Assembly: GCA_963765495.1 (NCBI GenBank)
Contig: CAVXWP010000005.1
Location: 96,001 to 160,000 of the forward strand
DNA from: Blastocatellia bacterium
Lineage (GTDB): Bacteria > Acidobacteriota > Blastocatellia > UBA7656
Direction: 5' to 3'
Length of the DNA: 64,000 bases
Within the stretch, counting starts at the first letter, position 1; the number at the start of each line of letters is the position of its first letter. A program made the position numbers and the translations under genes. Of the stretch, positions 55,498 to 64,000 are shown piece after piece. The notes under the pieces are model-generated. The model was not told where the DNA came from. It did no database searches and saw only the letters and a program-made list of their open reading frames with translations.

Positions 55498-56478
55498 TTA
55501 GTTCTTCAGCGCGTAATAACCGTCGCGATGGCGAGCGACCAGATCGGGATGGGATAATTTGACGCCCAGTTTTCGCCAGCGCCCGTCTCGTTTTTCGTTT
55601 GTGGAATAGTAGGTAAGCGTATATTGATTGCGAAGCTCGTCAACGACCGAGATAAATGTTTCTTCGAGATTGATCCCCTGCGGTGAGTGGATATAGCGAC
55701 CGCCCGACTTTTCGGCAAATTGCAGCATGTCTTGTCGCCCTCGACGTAATGAGAGCGCCTCTCTTCCACTCCCCATCAATAACTGGTCTTCGATCAGGTC
55801 AACCGAAAAGATCGTTATGCCGGAAGCGAGCGCCTTCTTGAGCGCCGAATCAAGCGAGGCTTTGCGGCTCGTATTATCACACCCGTCGGAGATGAGCAGT
55901 ATGGCCCGCCGTTTTTCGCTCCGCTTGCTTAGCGCCTCAACGGCTTCGTCCATGCAATCGTAAAGACGAGTCGAATCCTGCGCTTCGGCATCCCAGATGT
56001 AATCGCTGATGTCGTGCAGGGGCGAGAAATCCTGAAACATCCGCACTTCGTTGTTAAAACCGAATACGGCTACCTGATCGTTTTCCCTTATATGCTCTAC
56101 AAAGGAGGCCGCCGCGCCGCGAACAAGCCCGAATCTGTAAGCCATGCTGCCGCTCATATCAATCAGTATGGCCGCGGCAAAGGGCGCTTCTTCGGCGGAA
56201 AACGACTCCACTTTTTGCGGACGCCCGTCTTCAAGCACCGTGAAATCCGTGGCGCTCAATCCATGAGAGTATTGCCCCTCGTGATTGGTGACGGTCAGGC
56301 TCACTACGACCAGATCCGAGTGCAGACGCAACGCGCCGTCCTGATCCTGCTCAAAGAGAAGGGACGCCTCAGAAGGCCACGCAAGCCCCACTGCCATACA
56401 GAAGGTAAAAAAGAGTCTTGCCCACAAATGTAGCCGGAGGCGAGCGGGGTCTTGTCGGTCAGAGAGGCGTGTGAACAT
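55498..56478 (-). CDS. VWA-domain protein, acidobacterial type
   Basis: DFTVLEDG, MIDAS DMSGS, TRLYD, ISDG, ELRNQYTLTY, DGRWRK. Confidence 0.9.
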   Translation of the reverse strand: MFTRLSDRQDPARLRLHLWARLFFTFCMAVGLAWPSEASLLFEQDQDGALRLHSDLVVVSLTVTNHEGQYSHGLSATDFTVLEDGRPQKVESFSAEEAPFAAAILIDMSGSMAYRFGLVRGAAASFVEHIRENDQVAVFGFNNEVRMFQDFSPLHDISDYIWDAEAQDSTRLYDCMDEAVEALSKRSEKRRAILLISDGCDNTSRKASLDSALKKALASGITIFSVDLIEDQLLMGSGREALSLRRGRQDMLQFAEKSGGRYIHSPQGINLEETFISVVDELRNQYTLTYYSTNEKRDGRWRKLGVKLSHPDLVARHRDGYYALKN

Positions 56479-56485
56479 CAAATAT

Positions 56486-57028
56486 TTACTTCCCGGCGCG
56501 GCGTATGTATCTGGCCAGATTGATCACTTCGTTTGATAAACCGATAACCTTTGCCGAAACTACATAGCGGGTTTCAGCCGTCATGCTTTCGTGGATATTG
56601 GTAACGGCGGCGTCCATCTGTTTTATCGCATCGGCCAGCGTTATTTTTTCTATGTCGTCATCCACCTTGCTGCCGCCCGCGTGGTTAAGCAGGTCTTTGG
56701 CGAGCTTTTCTATGGACCCTACTTTCTTCATGTCCTCGCTTGAAAGCGTGCCCGCCTCTTCATATTTCTTCGCCACATCTGCCGACAGAGTGGTCAGTTT
56801 TTCGACATCTTCGAGCGCTTCGCGGTGACGGCTTTCGGCTCGCTCTATCGCCAACCGCGCGCGCATGTCCGGCGGCAGATTCATATCCTGGTCGGTTAAA
56901 TCTCCGTCAAGCGGCGAGGAGGGACGCGGCGGCGGGGGTTGTTTGAGACCTGTAGGAGCGTTCTGGGCTATCGCCGAAGATGAAAGCCAAAGGATAAAAC
57001 TCGCTAGTATTAGGCCGCTCTTGTACAT
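56486..57028 (-). CDS. Exported helical hypothetical protein co-transcribed with the VWA gene
   Basis: Signal peptide (AIA), Pro-rich linker, IEKLAK helical region; a few nt from the VWA start. Confidence 0.75.
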   Translation of the reverse strand: MYKSGLILASFILWLSSSAIAQNAPTGLKQPPPPRPSSPLDGDLTDQDMNLPPDMRARLAIERAESRHREALEDVEKLTTLSADVAKKYEEAGTLSSEDMKKVGSIEKLAKDLLNHAGGSKVDDDIEKITLADAIKQMDAAVTNIHESMTAETRYVVSAKVIGLSNEVINLARYIRRAGK

Positions 57029-57248
57029 CCGATATTTCCTTAGTCTGGCGCGTTGGCTCGACAGCTAAAATTTTTATCACATCAGCGAATGCAACTTCAA
57101 ATGCCTGGAAGATAAGCCTTCACTCCGAGCGCCAATGATAAGGATCGTTTAAGTAATGAGAGCTTGCGAATTATCGCATCGTTTTTTGCGTCCACAAATA
57201 TCCATGCGACCAGAAGCCACAAGGATACTTCAGAGGTTTTCGGGCAGT

Positions 57249-57590
57249 TTATACCTTGAACATTCTGGCCAGATATTTTTCGGTCAGGTACATTACTACA
57301 AATGGAAGCAAGAGCACCAGTGCTACCGAAGATGTCTGAGCCGCGTCGTTGTCGGTTATCATGGGCCAGAGCGTGACGTGGATAGACATTCCGATCAGCG
57401 CCAGCATTGAAAGCATCAGGCCGGCAAATTTGTTTCCTACCTGCCAGGTCCTGTCATTGACCATAGAACGCGGCGAACCGTAACCGAGCAACCAGTTGCG
57501 TCTGAGTCTCGGGCTGAACCAGTACATGGTCGCGCCACAGAGAATCAGCAGCAAATCGCTCGCCATTAAAAGATATCCGTAAAGCTGCAT
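57249..57590 (-). CDS. SdpI/YhfL-family membrane protein
   Basis: RNWLLGYGSPRSMVNDRTW..GNKFAG matches N..GYRTP.S......W..AN; three TMs. Confidence 0.72.
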   Translation of the reverse strand: MQLYGYLLMASDLLLILCGATMYWFSPRLRRNWLLGYGSPRSMVNDRTWQVGNKFAGLMLSMLALIGMSIHVTLWPMITDNDAAQTSSVALVLLLPFVVMYLTEKYLARMFKV

Positions 57591-57812
57591 GACCTATCCC
57601 AACCCTATATTTCTGCAATAATCTCTTTTATTTATTGATGAAGGGGCTTACCTTCTGGCTACCCATTTAAGCTAAGGTGGGTTCCCACGTCAAGAGAATC
57701 TATAAAGCGGCAGAAGCATTCGGGCATTTGTAATAATGAAATAATAAGTTGCGGATTGTTTCATTACAGCATTCAGCATTGCCGAGGATCGTTTGAGGAG
57801 AATGATACCGTT

Positions 57813-60275
57813 CTATTTTGAGGTGAGCAGGCGGCCCATTGCGGCGGAGGCGAAGCCCAGCGTTTCACGACCCGCAATCGAATCCATACGGGCGGCGCGA
57901 AGCAGGCTTTCGATGCTGGTTCCATCTTCGGGGCTTATAGCAACTCCGATTTGAATCTGCAAATGGCCGCATACGGGGGACTGGTTTATGGTCTGAGCTA
58001 TGCGGTCGCGGACCTCAATGGCTTCGCCTTGATCGCTGTCGGGCAGAAGCACTATGAATGTGCCGTCGGTCTGACGGGCCACCATATCGGCCTGGCGCAC
58101 CTGCCGGGCTATCAATCCGGCAAGCGCTGCCGTTATCTGATCGCTTTCGGAGACGGCTTTGCCCTCTGCCGGGAAGCTGATTTCAAGCAACGAAATATGT
58201 GTGCCGAGCCTGAGACTCCGGGCTCGTTCGCGGTCAAACTGCGCCATCAGAGCGCGAATGTTTGCAAGCCCCGTTGCGGGATCGGTCAAGGCGAACGCTT
58301 GCGCCTGTTCGAATGCCTTCGCGTTATAGACGGCATCAGAGGCAGGCTGGCACACCGACTCCATCAGGTTGATGTCTTCGGTCTGGTAGGTTTCAAGCTC
58401 GGTCGAATAGAGCGCAATGGCTCCGAGCGATTCCTCGTTTTTGACCAGAGGAAAGACCATGAGCCCCTTGTAATTTTTTGCCACGTCCGCGCCGAGAAAT
58501 CCGAGGTCGAGCGCGGGGTTTGTATTGAACATAGCCCGCTGATTGGTAATGACCCAGCCTGTTATCCCAGCTTCGGCCGGTTGCCGCCGCTTGATGAGTT
58601 TTTCGGCGTGCAACCCCACCGCATGAGCTATTTCGAATTCGGACCGCGCAGGGTCGAAAAGCGAGATGGCACAGGTTGTAAAGGGGATCAGCTTCATGAG
58701 GCGATTGGCGAGAATCGCTATGGTGTCTTCGACCGGCAACACGCCCGCCAGTGTCCGCGACATTTCGTAGAGCGCCGACACGCGTTGATTTGTTTCGGCT
58801 ATTGAATTTATCGCCGCCCTGGCGCGGTCAAATTCGGGCGCGGCGGCAAAGCCAGAAGCGGGCGCGGCATCGGCCATCTGCCGCGAGCCGGTCTCGCCCT
58901 TCTTAGTCGCCTCGCGCCACTTCATTCCGGCGGCTTCCTTCTCCAGTTGATCCACGATGGAGAGAAACATCTGAACAAGCGCGGGATCGAAAAACGTCCC
59001 CGCGTTGTGCCCTATGTAATCGAGAGCCTCATCCCGGGTCATCGCTCTGTGATAGGGTCTGTCCGAGCGCAGCGCATCGTAATTATCGACCAGCGTCAGG
59101 ATGCGAGCCGTCTTTGGTATATCCTCGCCCTTCAGCCCGTCCGGGTATCCGCGACCATCCCATCGCTCGTGATGATGGCGGACTATCGGGACCACGGGGA
59201 AGCGGAAATTTATGTTCGACAGCATATCCGCGCCGATGATCGTGTGCATCTTCATCTGCTCGAATTCGTGTTTTGTAAGCTTGCCGGGCTTGTTTAGGAT
59301 ATAGGCAGGCACGCCTATCTTTCCTATGTCGTGAAGAAGCGCACCGGCTTTGAGGGCTTCGATTTCGAGTTCGGAAAGACCGGCTACCTCGCCCAATCTA
59401 CAGGCAAACAGCTTGACCCGCTGGATATGATCGTGAGTGACATCATCTTTGGCGTCTATCGCCATGGCCAGCATTTCGAGAATGGAATCGTAGATGCCTG
59501 TGATCTCGTGGTGATGTTCGGCCTGCTCACGGAGCTTTGCCTGATTTGTCTTGAAAGTGTAATAGACGATTATGGGGACGGGCATCGCAAGCACAAGCAC
59601 CACCAGCGTCGTTATGTATCCATAGTCGTAGAGGGTGAAGTTGATCAAACCCGCCACGGTCGCCGCGGCCAAAAAAGTCAAAGGCTCCCACAATTGTATG
59701 TCTCGGAAGAGCGTGGCAAGCCTTGCCCCAAAAGCAATATGCGACATCAACATGATGGCTACGACATTCAGGATGTAATGCACTAGCGCAAGCGTTATAA
59801 GCGGCACGACAAACATCAGCATTTGCCTGTCCAGCCCGGAAGCCACATCCTTGCTCAACAGGTAGACCGAGGCCAGGTAGTAAGCCTGTCCAGCTACATA
59901 GATCGAGATAGCTTGGGCCGAACCGTTAAAGATGTAGAGACTCAGGCTGGTTTTGAGGCGACGGCTCGACATCAAGGCCTCAAAGGCCGCAAGCAGAGCG
60001 CCGTGATAAGGACCAAGCGCCATGATGGCCAGATAGGTCAACGCTTCTGAAATGGATACGCTTGAGTGATTGCCGGAAAATTTTATGGGGTGTCGTGCGG
60101 AGGTCAAGGCCAGAATCAGCGCCAGAATCGCCAATCCAAGCACCGACCGGCTGCCCGCCGCATAGACTTCCGCCGCCGCCTTTACGATCATCGCGGTTGC
60201 GATGACCGCCATACCGGCAAGCAGAATTAAGCCTTTGGTTCCGTACCGCTTGAAATCTTTGTTGAGCGTTTCCAT
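57813..60275 (-). CDS. Membrane-anchored HD-GYP phosphodiesterase with GAF and degenerate GGDEF domains
   Basis: About 8 N-terminal TMs, LHDIGK, HHHERWDGRGYP, GAF, D..TGL.N, and ARQTDGTF in place of R.GGDEF. Confidence 0.9.
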   Translation of the reverse strand: METLNKDFKRYGTKGLILLAGMAVIATAMIVKAAAEVYAAGSRSVLGLAILALILALTSARHPIKFSGNHSSVSISEALTYLAIMALGPYHGALLAAFEALMSSRRLKTSLSLYIFNGSAQAISIYVAGQAYYLASVYLLSKDVASGLDRQMLMFVVPLITLALVHYILNVVAIMLMSHIAFGARLATLFRDIQLWEPLTFLAAATVAGLINFTLYDYGYITTLVVLVLAMPVPIIVYYTFKTNQAKLREQAEHHHEITGIYDSILEMLAMAIDAKDDVTHDHIQRVKLFACRLGEVAGLSELEIEALKAGALLHDIGKIGVPAYILNKPGKLTKHEFEQMKMHTIIGADMLSNINFRFPVVPIVRHHHERWDGRGYPDGLKGEDIPKTARILTLVDNYDALRSDRPYHRAMTRDEALDYIGHNAGTFFDPALVQMFLSIVDQLEKEAAGMKWREATKKGETGSRQMADAAPASGFAAAPEFDRARAAINSIAETNQRVSALYEMSRTLAGVLPVEDTIAILANRLMKLIPFTTCAISLFDPARSEFEIAHAVGLHAEKLIKRRQPAEAGITGWVITNQRAMFNTNPALDLGFLGADVAKNYKGLMVFPLVKNEESLGAIALYSTELETYQTEDINLMESVCQPASDAVYNAKAFEQAQAFALTDPATGLANIRALMAQFDRERARSLRLGTHISLLEISFPAEGKAVSESDQITAALAGLIARQVRQADMVARQTDGTFIVLLPDSDQGEAIEVRDRIAQTINQSPVCGHLQIQIGVAISPEDGTSIESLLRAARMDSIAGRETLGFASAAMGRLLTSK

Positions 60276-60368
60276 GAGAGATTTTTATCTCAGTCGGAAT
60301 CGAATCATAGAGTCAAAAGAAAGGCGCAAGGATAATTATTGAGAAGGGGATCGGGGGCCTTTTAGAGA

Positions 60369-60422
60369 TCAAGGACAATAATAATCCCAGATTACGCCTG
60401 TGCAAACGCCAGGTCTGATCAT
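60369..60422 (-). CDS. Putative 17-aa peptide MIRPGVCTGVIWDYYCP (not in ORF track)
   Basis: AAAGGAG 9 nt before ATG 60422; an in-frame ATG at 60533 would give 54 aa. Confidence 0.45.
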   Translation of the reverse strand: MIRPGVCTGVIWDYYCP

Positions 60423-60769
60423 TAGAGAAGACTCCTTTCGCCGCTGATTTCTATTTGTATGAGCGCTCGAAGCTCGGTCTATCCTGGCCGTGAGCGCCAC
60501 ATCGAAAGTAAATTTGAGGTCAATTGATCGCATAACTGTATCCCGCCAGGCGGTTCAATTCCTTTACGGATAACACCGGCAGGTCTTGTTTCGAACCGCA
60601 CAGGCAAAATATACAATTCTGAGGCCAGGGTTAAAATCACCCGAGTTATATAGCTAAGTGCAGAAATAGCTGCGATTAATGAAAACGCTGTGATGATTTC
60701 CGACCGATCCGGCAGGTTTTTATCGGTCAGCTTGATATATTTCGTGCAATGATTCGGTCAAATTGAATC

Positions 60770-60915
60770 AGGGGCCGGGGGCCAGGGGTCGGGGGCCGGT
60801 GACAAGAAAAGGACGGCCAATCTGAAGAGGGATGTCAGCAAAAAGCATAAGAGGATCAATTTGGAGAAACCCAACCTCAGGCCCCGGCTCCTGACCCCTG
60901 GCCCCCGGCCCCTCA
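60770..60915. repeat. Periodic palindrome, RGGGGCC 7-mer family
   Basis: aggggcc gggggcc aggggtc gggggcc (60770-60797) versus ggctcct gacccct ggccccc ggcccct (60886-60913). Confidence 0.88.
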
Positions 60916-61549
60916 GATGATGAGAGGTTTGGTAGCCTCTTCGGGCCAGGGCGAAAACAGGGAGATGTAGCGGAGATAGCTGCGGGTTCCACCGGGTTCG
61001 CCGTCACTGCGCCGGATGTGGGCCTTTACGGTATCGAGTTCAAAATTGAGTGCTTTGATCTTATCATCGCGGCGCAGCGGGTCTTCGGAAGGGGCTTTTT
61101 CGGCCAGTTCATCGAGGGCCTCGCGTATGATGCGGCTCAAGTCCTGTATGCGCATCGAGGGGACGCGGTGCTCGTATATCAGACCGCTTGATTCGGTCTC
61201 TAAATTCCTGATGACATTCTCAAGCGCCATCTTCTAGATCGGCGTCCTTGAGATCGCGCAAATTCTCTCGATATGCCCTTATGATGGCGTCATCGATCAC
61301 ATAAAGCGTAGTGAGAATTTTTTCGTTTACGTTGAGTTCCAGCTTGCCTTCGGCTTCAAGTTCCTTTAAGCGCATCTGGTTTTCGCGCTCGGCAGCCGGA
61401 GGACGAGCAGCCTGCAAATAGGGACACGACTCGGGGCAGGCAAGCTCTATCATTCGATCCTGCGCGCAACAGACGGCGCAAATTTTTGTGCGAAGGGCGG
61501 GGCAATATCGCTTCGCCGTACGCTTGCTGCATCTTGGACAAATCGCCAT
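60913..61549 (-). pseudogene. Frameshifted Cys-rich (zinc-finger) hypothetical gene split into 61220-61549 and 60913-61230
   Basis: Removing one G at 61227/61228 fuses ...DADLED to ALENVIRNL...; N-terminal CPRC..C..CAVCC..CPESC. Confidence 0.6.
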
Positions 61550-61746
61550 AAAAGACAGGTTACATTCCAGAACGGAAAAAGCGCAAGATCATCTGTGAAC
61601 CGGATGCCGGAACGAGCCGCCGCCGTCACAAAGGCGAATAGAAAGAATCAAAAACCTTCCTGTTTCGGGCCTTTTGGGCCGGTTTTCGGGCTTTGCCGAC
61701 AGTCGCCCCATTTGTGATAACCGGCCCTTTGCTTTACAATCTTGCC

Positions 61747-63123
61747 ATGCCCTGGTATCGAAAGCTCCACTGGCAAATCATAATAGGTCTATTGCTCGGA
61801 CTCGTCTACGGCATAGTCGCGGCAGCAAACGGGGGCGGCAAATTCACGGCCGACTGGATCGCCCCGTTTGGAAAGATTTTCATCAATCTGCTGAAGCTGA
61901 TAGCTGTCCCCCTGGTTCTGGCCTCGCTCATAACAGGTGTGGCTTCGCTTTCCGATCTCAGGAAGCTTTCGCGCATAGGCGGAAAAACCATCGCCATCTA
62001 TCTGGCTACGACTGCCGTCGCGGTGACCATCGGGCTTCTGCTCGTCAATCTGCTCAAGCCGGGTCATCAGGTGCCTGCCGATATGCGTGACCGCCTCCAG
62101 GCCACTTATCAGGTAGACGCTACGAAGGGGGAAGCCGCCGCCGAACAGGCAAAACAGCGCGGCCCGTTACAGCCCATCATAGACATGGTGCCGGACAACA
62201 TTTTCAGTTCCGCTTCAAACAACAGCAATATGCTTCAGGTAGTCTTCTTTGCGATACTGTTCGGCATAGGGTTGATTCAGGTTTCGGCCGATAAGGCGCG
62301 GCCCGTGCTCGCCTTCTTCGAAGGGTTGAATGATGTAGTGATAAGGCTTGTGGATCTCATAATGCTGATGGCCCCGATAGGCGTATTCGCGCTCATCGCC
62401 GACACCATCACAACAGTCGCTCACGATAACCTCTCGCAAGTCGGAGAACTGCTCGGGGCGCTCGGTTACTATTGCATAGTGGTCGTTTCAGGTCTGATCA
62501 TCCACACATCCATCGTCTATCCGTCCCTGTTGAAACTATTCACCCCCATGCCTGTGAGGACATTCTTTTCGGGCATAGGACCGGCTCAATTGCTTGCCTT
62601 TTCGACCAGTTCGAGCGGCGCTACGCTCCCCGTGACGATGGAGCGATGCGAAGAGAAACTCGGTGTCTCGGAAGAGGTATCCGCGTTTGTGCTGCCGCTC
62701 GGAGCTACGATCAACATGGACGGCACCGCGCTTTATCAGGCTGTCGCGGCCGTCTTTATAGCTCAGACCCTCGGGATGGGGCTTGGGCTTTCAGCCCAGT
62801 TGACCATAGTCTTTACAGCCGTGCTGGCTTCGATTGGAACGGCGGCCGTCCCCGGCGCAGGCATAATCATGCTCGTCATCATCCTTGAAGCCATTCAGGT
62901 TCCAAGCGCCGGTATAGCTTTGATTCTGGGAGTGGATCGAATACTCGATATGTGCCGCACCGTCACAAACGTGACCGGCGATGCTATGGTCGCCACCATC
63001 GTTGCCGCAACCGAAGGACAGCTCAGCCCGCCCGACCTCTCCGAAGCCTCGGACCGCATCCGCATCCGTTCTGAAAAAGAGTTTCGCGAAGCTCTGGAAC
63101 CGAGCCGCAAACCGGAGATTTAG
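61747..63123 (+). CDS. Dicarboxylate/amino acid:cation symporter (GltP/GltT-like)
   Basis: AFSTSSSGATLP, GATINMDGTALY, DRILDMCRTVTN. Confidence 0.95.
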   Translation: MPWYRKLHWQIIIGLLLGLVYGIVAAANGGGKFTADWIAPFGKIFINLLKLIAVPLVLASLITGVASLSDLRKLSRIGGKTIAIYLATTAVAVTIGLLLVNLLKPGHQVPADMRDRLQATYQVDATKGEAAAEQAKQRGPLQPIIDMVPDNIFSSASNNSNMLQVVFFAILFGIGLIQVSADKARPVLAFFEGLNDVVIRLVDLIMLMAPIGVFALIADTITTVAHDNLSQVGELLGALGYYCIVVVSGLIIHTSIVYPSLLKLFTPMPVRTFFSGIGPAQLLAFSTSSSGATLPVTMERCEEKLGVSEEVSAFVLPLGATINMDGTALYQAVAAVFIAQTLGMGLGLSAQLTIVFTAVLASIGTAAVPGAGIIMLVIILEAIQVPSAGIALILGVDRILDMCRTVTNVTGDAMVATIVAATEGQLSPPDLSEASDRIRIRSEKEFREALEPSRKPEI

Positions 63124-63153
63124 ATTTGAGAACTCAGAGCTCAGATCTCAAAT
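63124..63153. repeat. TCTCAAA-family palindrome right after the stop codon
   Basis: atttgaga-actcagagctcaga-tctcaaat. Confidence 0.65.
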
Positions 63154-63237
63154 AAGCCAGGGGAAATAGATCAATTTCCGGACTATATATCGAGTTTAGC
63201 GCGCCGGAAACTTCCCAAAATCCTCGCCAAGTATAAA

Positions 63238-63266
63238 TTGACACTCTTTGTTTGCGCATATAGAAT
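63238..63266 (+). promoter_or_regulatory. Near-consensus sigma70 promoter, TTGACA-N17-TAGAAT
   Basis: ttgacactctttgtttgcgcatatagaat, 42 nt before ATG 63309. Confidence 0.75.
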
Positions 63267-63308
63267 TTTCGACCAGTTCAACAGGTAAGGATCCTTTGCT
63301 TTTTTCCT

Positions 63309-64000
63309 ATGAGCGAAAATGAAGAGACCGTAGGGCCACCAATAGATCGCGGCGACGAGACTACAAGCGACACGCGAGGACTCGCGCTGCACACAAAGAT
63401 ACTTCTTGGGCTGCTTGCCGGGGCCGCGCTTGGCGTCGGAGCCAACCTTGCTACCGCAGATCGCCCCGATGCAAATGGCTGGGTGATGTGGTTCGCCAAA
63501 TATGTCACCGACCCCATAGGGCAGGTTTTTTTGCGCATGCTGTTTATGGTGGTCGTCCCTCTCGTCTTTGCCACGCTCTCGCTCGGCGTAGCGCAGCTTG
63601 GCGATCTCAGAAAACTCGGACGGATAGGCTTGAAGGTCTTTGCCTACTTCATGCTCGTCACTGCGATTGCGGTCACGATAGGGCTTGGGCTTGTAAACAC
63701 GATAAAGCCCGGCGTGGGCTTTTCGCCCGACGTGCAGGCGCGTTTGATGGAATCCTACGGCGGGCAGGCGCAGAAGGCACAGGAGCAGGCCTCAAGCGAT
63801 CAGGGGTTTGGCATAAACACCTTTGTCAATATCGTGCCTCGCAATCCGATTGCCGCCGCCGCTTCGACCGATATGCTCGCGGTGATATTTTTTGCGCTGA
63901 TCTTTGGCGTGGCGCTCACCTTGATTCCGCGCGAAAAGGCCGAGCCGGTCACGCGCGTGCTCGACGGTCTGAGCGAAGCGATAATAAAAATAGTCGGCAT
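63309..64000 (+). CDS. Second dicarboxylate/amino acid:cation symporter (partial, runs off the window; not in ORF track)
   Basis: LHTKILLGL...FLRMLFMVVVPLVF...DLRKLGRIG...IVPRNP...DMLAVIFFALIFG. Confidence 0.9.
   Translation, partial: MSENEETVGPPIDRGDETTSDTRGLALHTKILLGLLAGAALGVGANLATADRPDANGWVMWFAKYVTDPIGQVFLRMLFMVVVPLVFATLSLGVAQLGDLRKLGRIGLKVFAYFMLVTAIAVTIGLGLVNTIKPGVGFSPDVQARLMESYGGQAQKAQEQASSDQGFGINTFVNIVPRNPIAAAASTDMLAVIFFALIFGVALTLIPREKAEPVTRVLDGLSEAIIKIVG

Noticed and set aside
57690-57780. 29-aa ORF MLNAVMKQ... upstream of the SdpI-like gene
   Set aside because: No SD, and it overlaps a likely TTGACG promoter in AT-rich intergenic DNA.
60423-60767. c-di-GMP riboswitch upstream of the HD-GYP gene
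   Set aside because: A gcggttc/gaaccgc stem and a 9-bp direct repeat (ccggcaggt) exist, but the GEMM core motifs are absent.

Overview
A gene-dense, GC-rich bacterial chromosomal segment. The gene repertoire (acidobacterial-type VWA protein, BACON-tailed beta-propeller, FtsX-type ABC exporter, membrane HD-GYP-GAF protein) suggests Acidobacteriota, probably Blastocatellia; this is an inference. It holds about 55 mostly housekeeping or accessory-metabolic CDS (tkt, rnr, hutI, trehalase, acyl-CoA enzymes, transporters) and one tRNA-Leu(CAG). I found no CRISPR array, rRNA, transposase or integrase. The best candidates for undescribed biology are: (1) a signal-peptide-bearing ORF ending in the ribosome-arrest motif RAPP, followed by alternative hairpins, two microproteins (one a CxxC-CxxC zinc ribbon missed by the ORF track) and a Kef/CPA2 antiporter (14.1-17.0 kb); (2) a single-barrel MetE-like zinc protein translationally coupled to a soluble PAS hybrid kinase (20.5-23.6 kb); (3) an unannotated 17-aa two-Cys peptide ORF with a strong RBS upstream of a membrane HD-GYP sensor and an SdpI-like gene (57.2-60.5 kb); (4) a BldN-like ECF sigma whose partner is a soluble anti-sigma-like domain fused to tandem VOC domains; and (5) about a dozen intergenic palindromes whose arms are built from 7-10 nt tandem units, sharing architecture but not sequence. 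All family assignments come from motif recognition by eye; no database searches were run.
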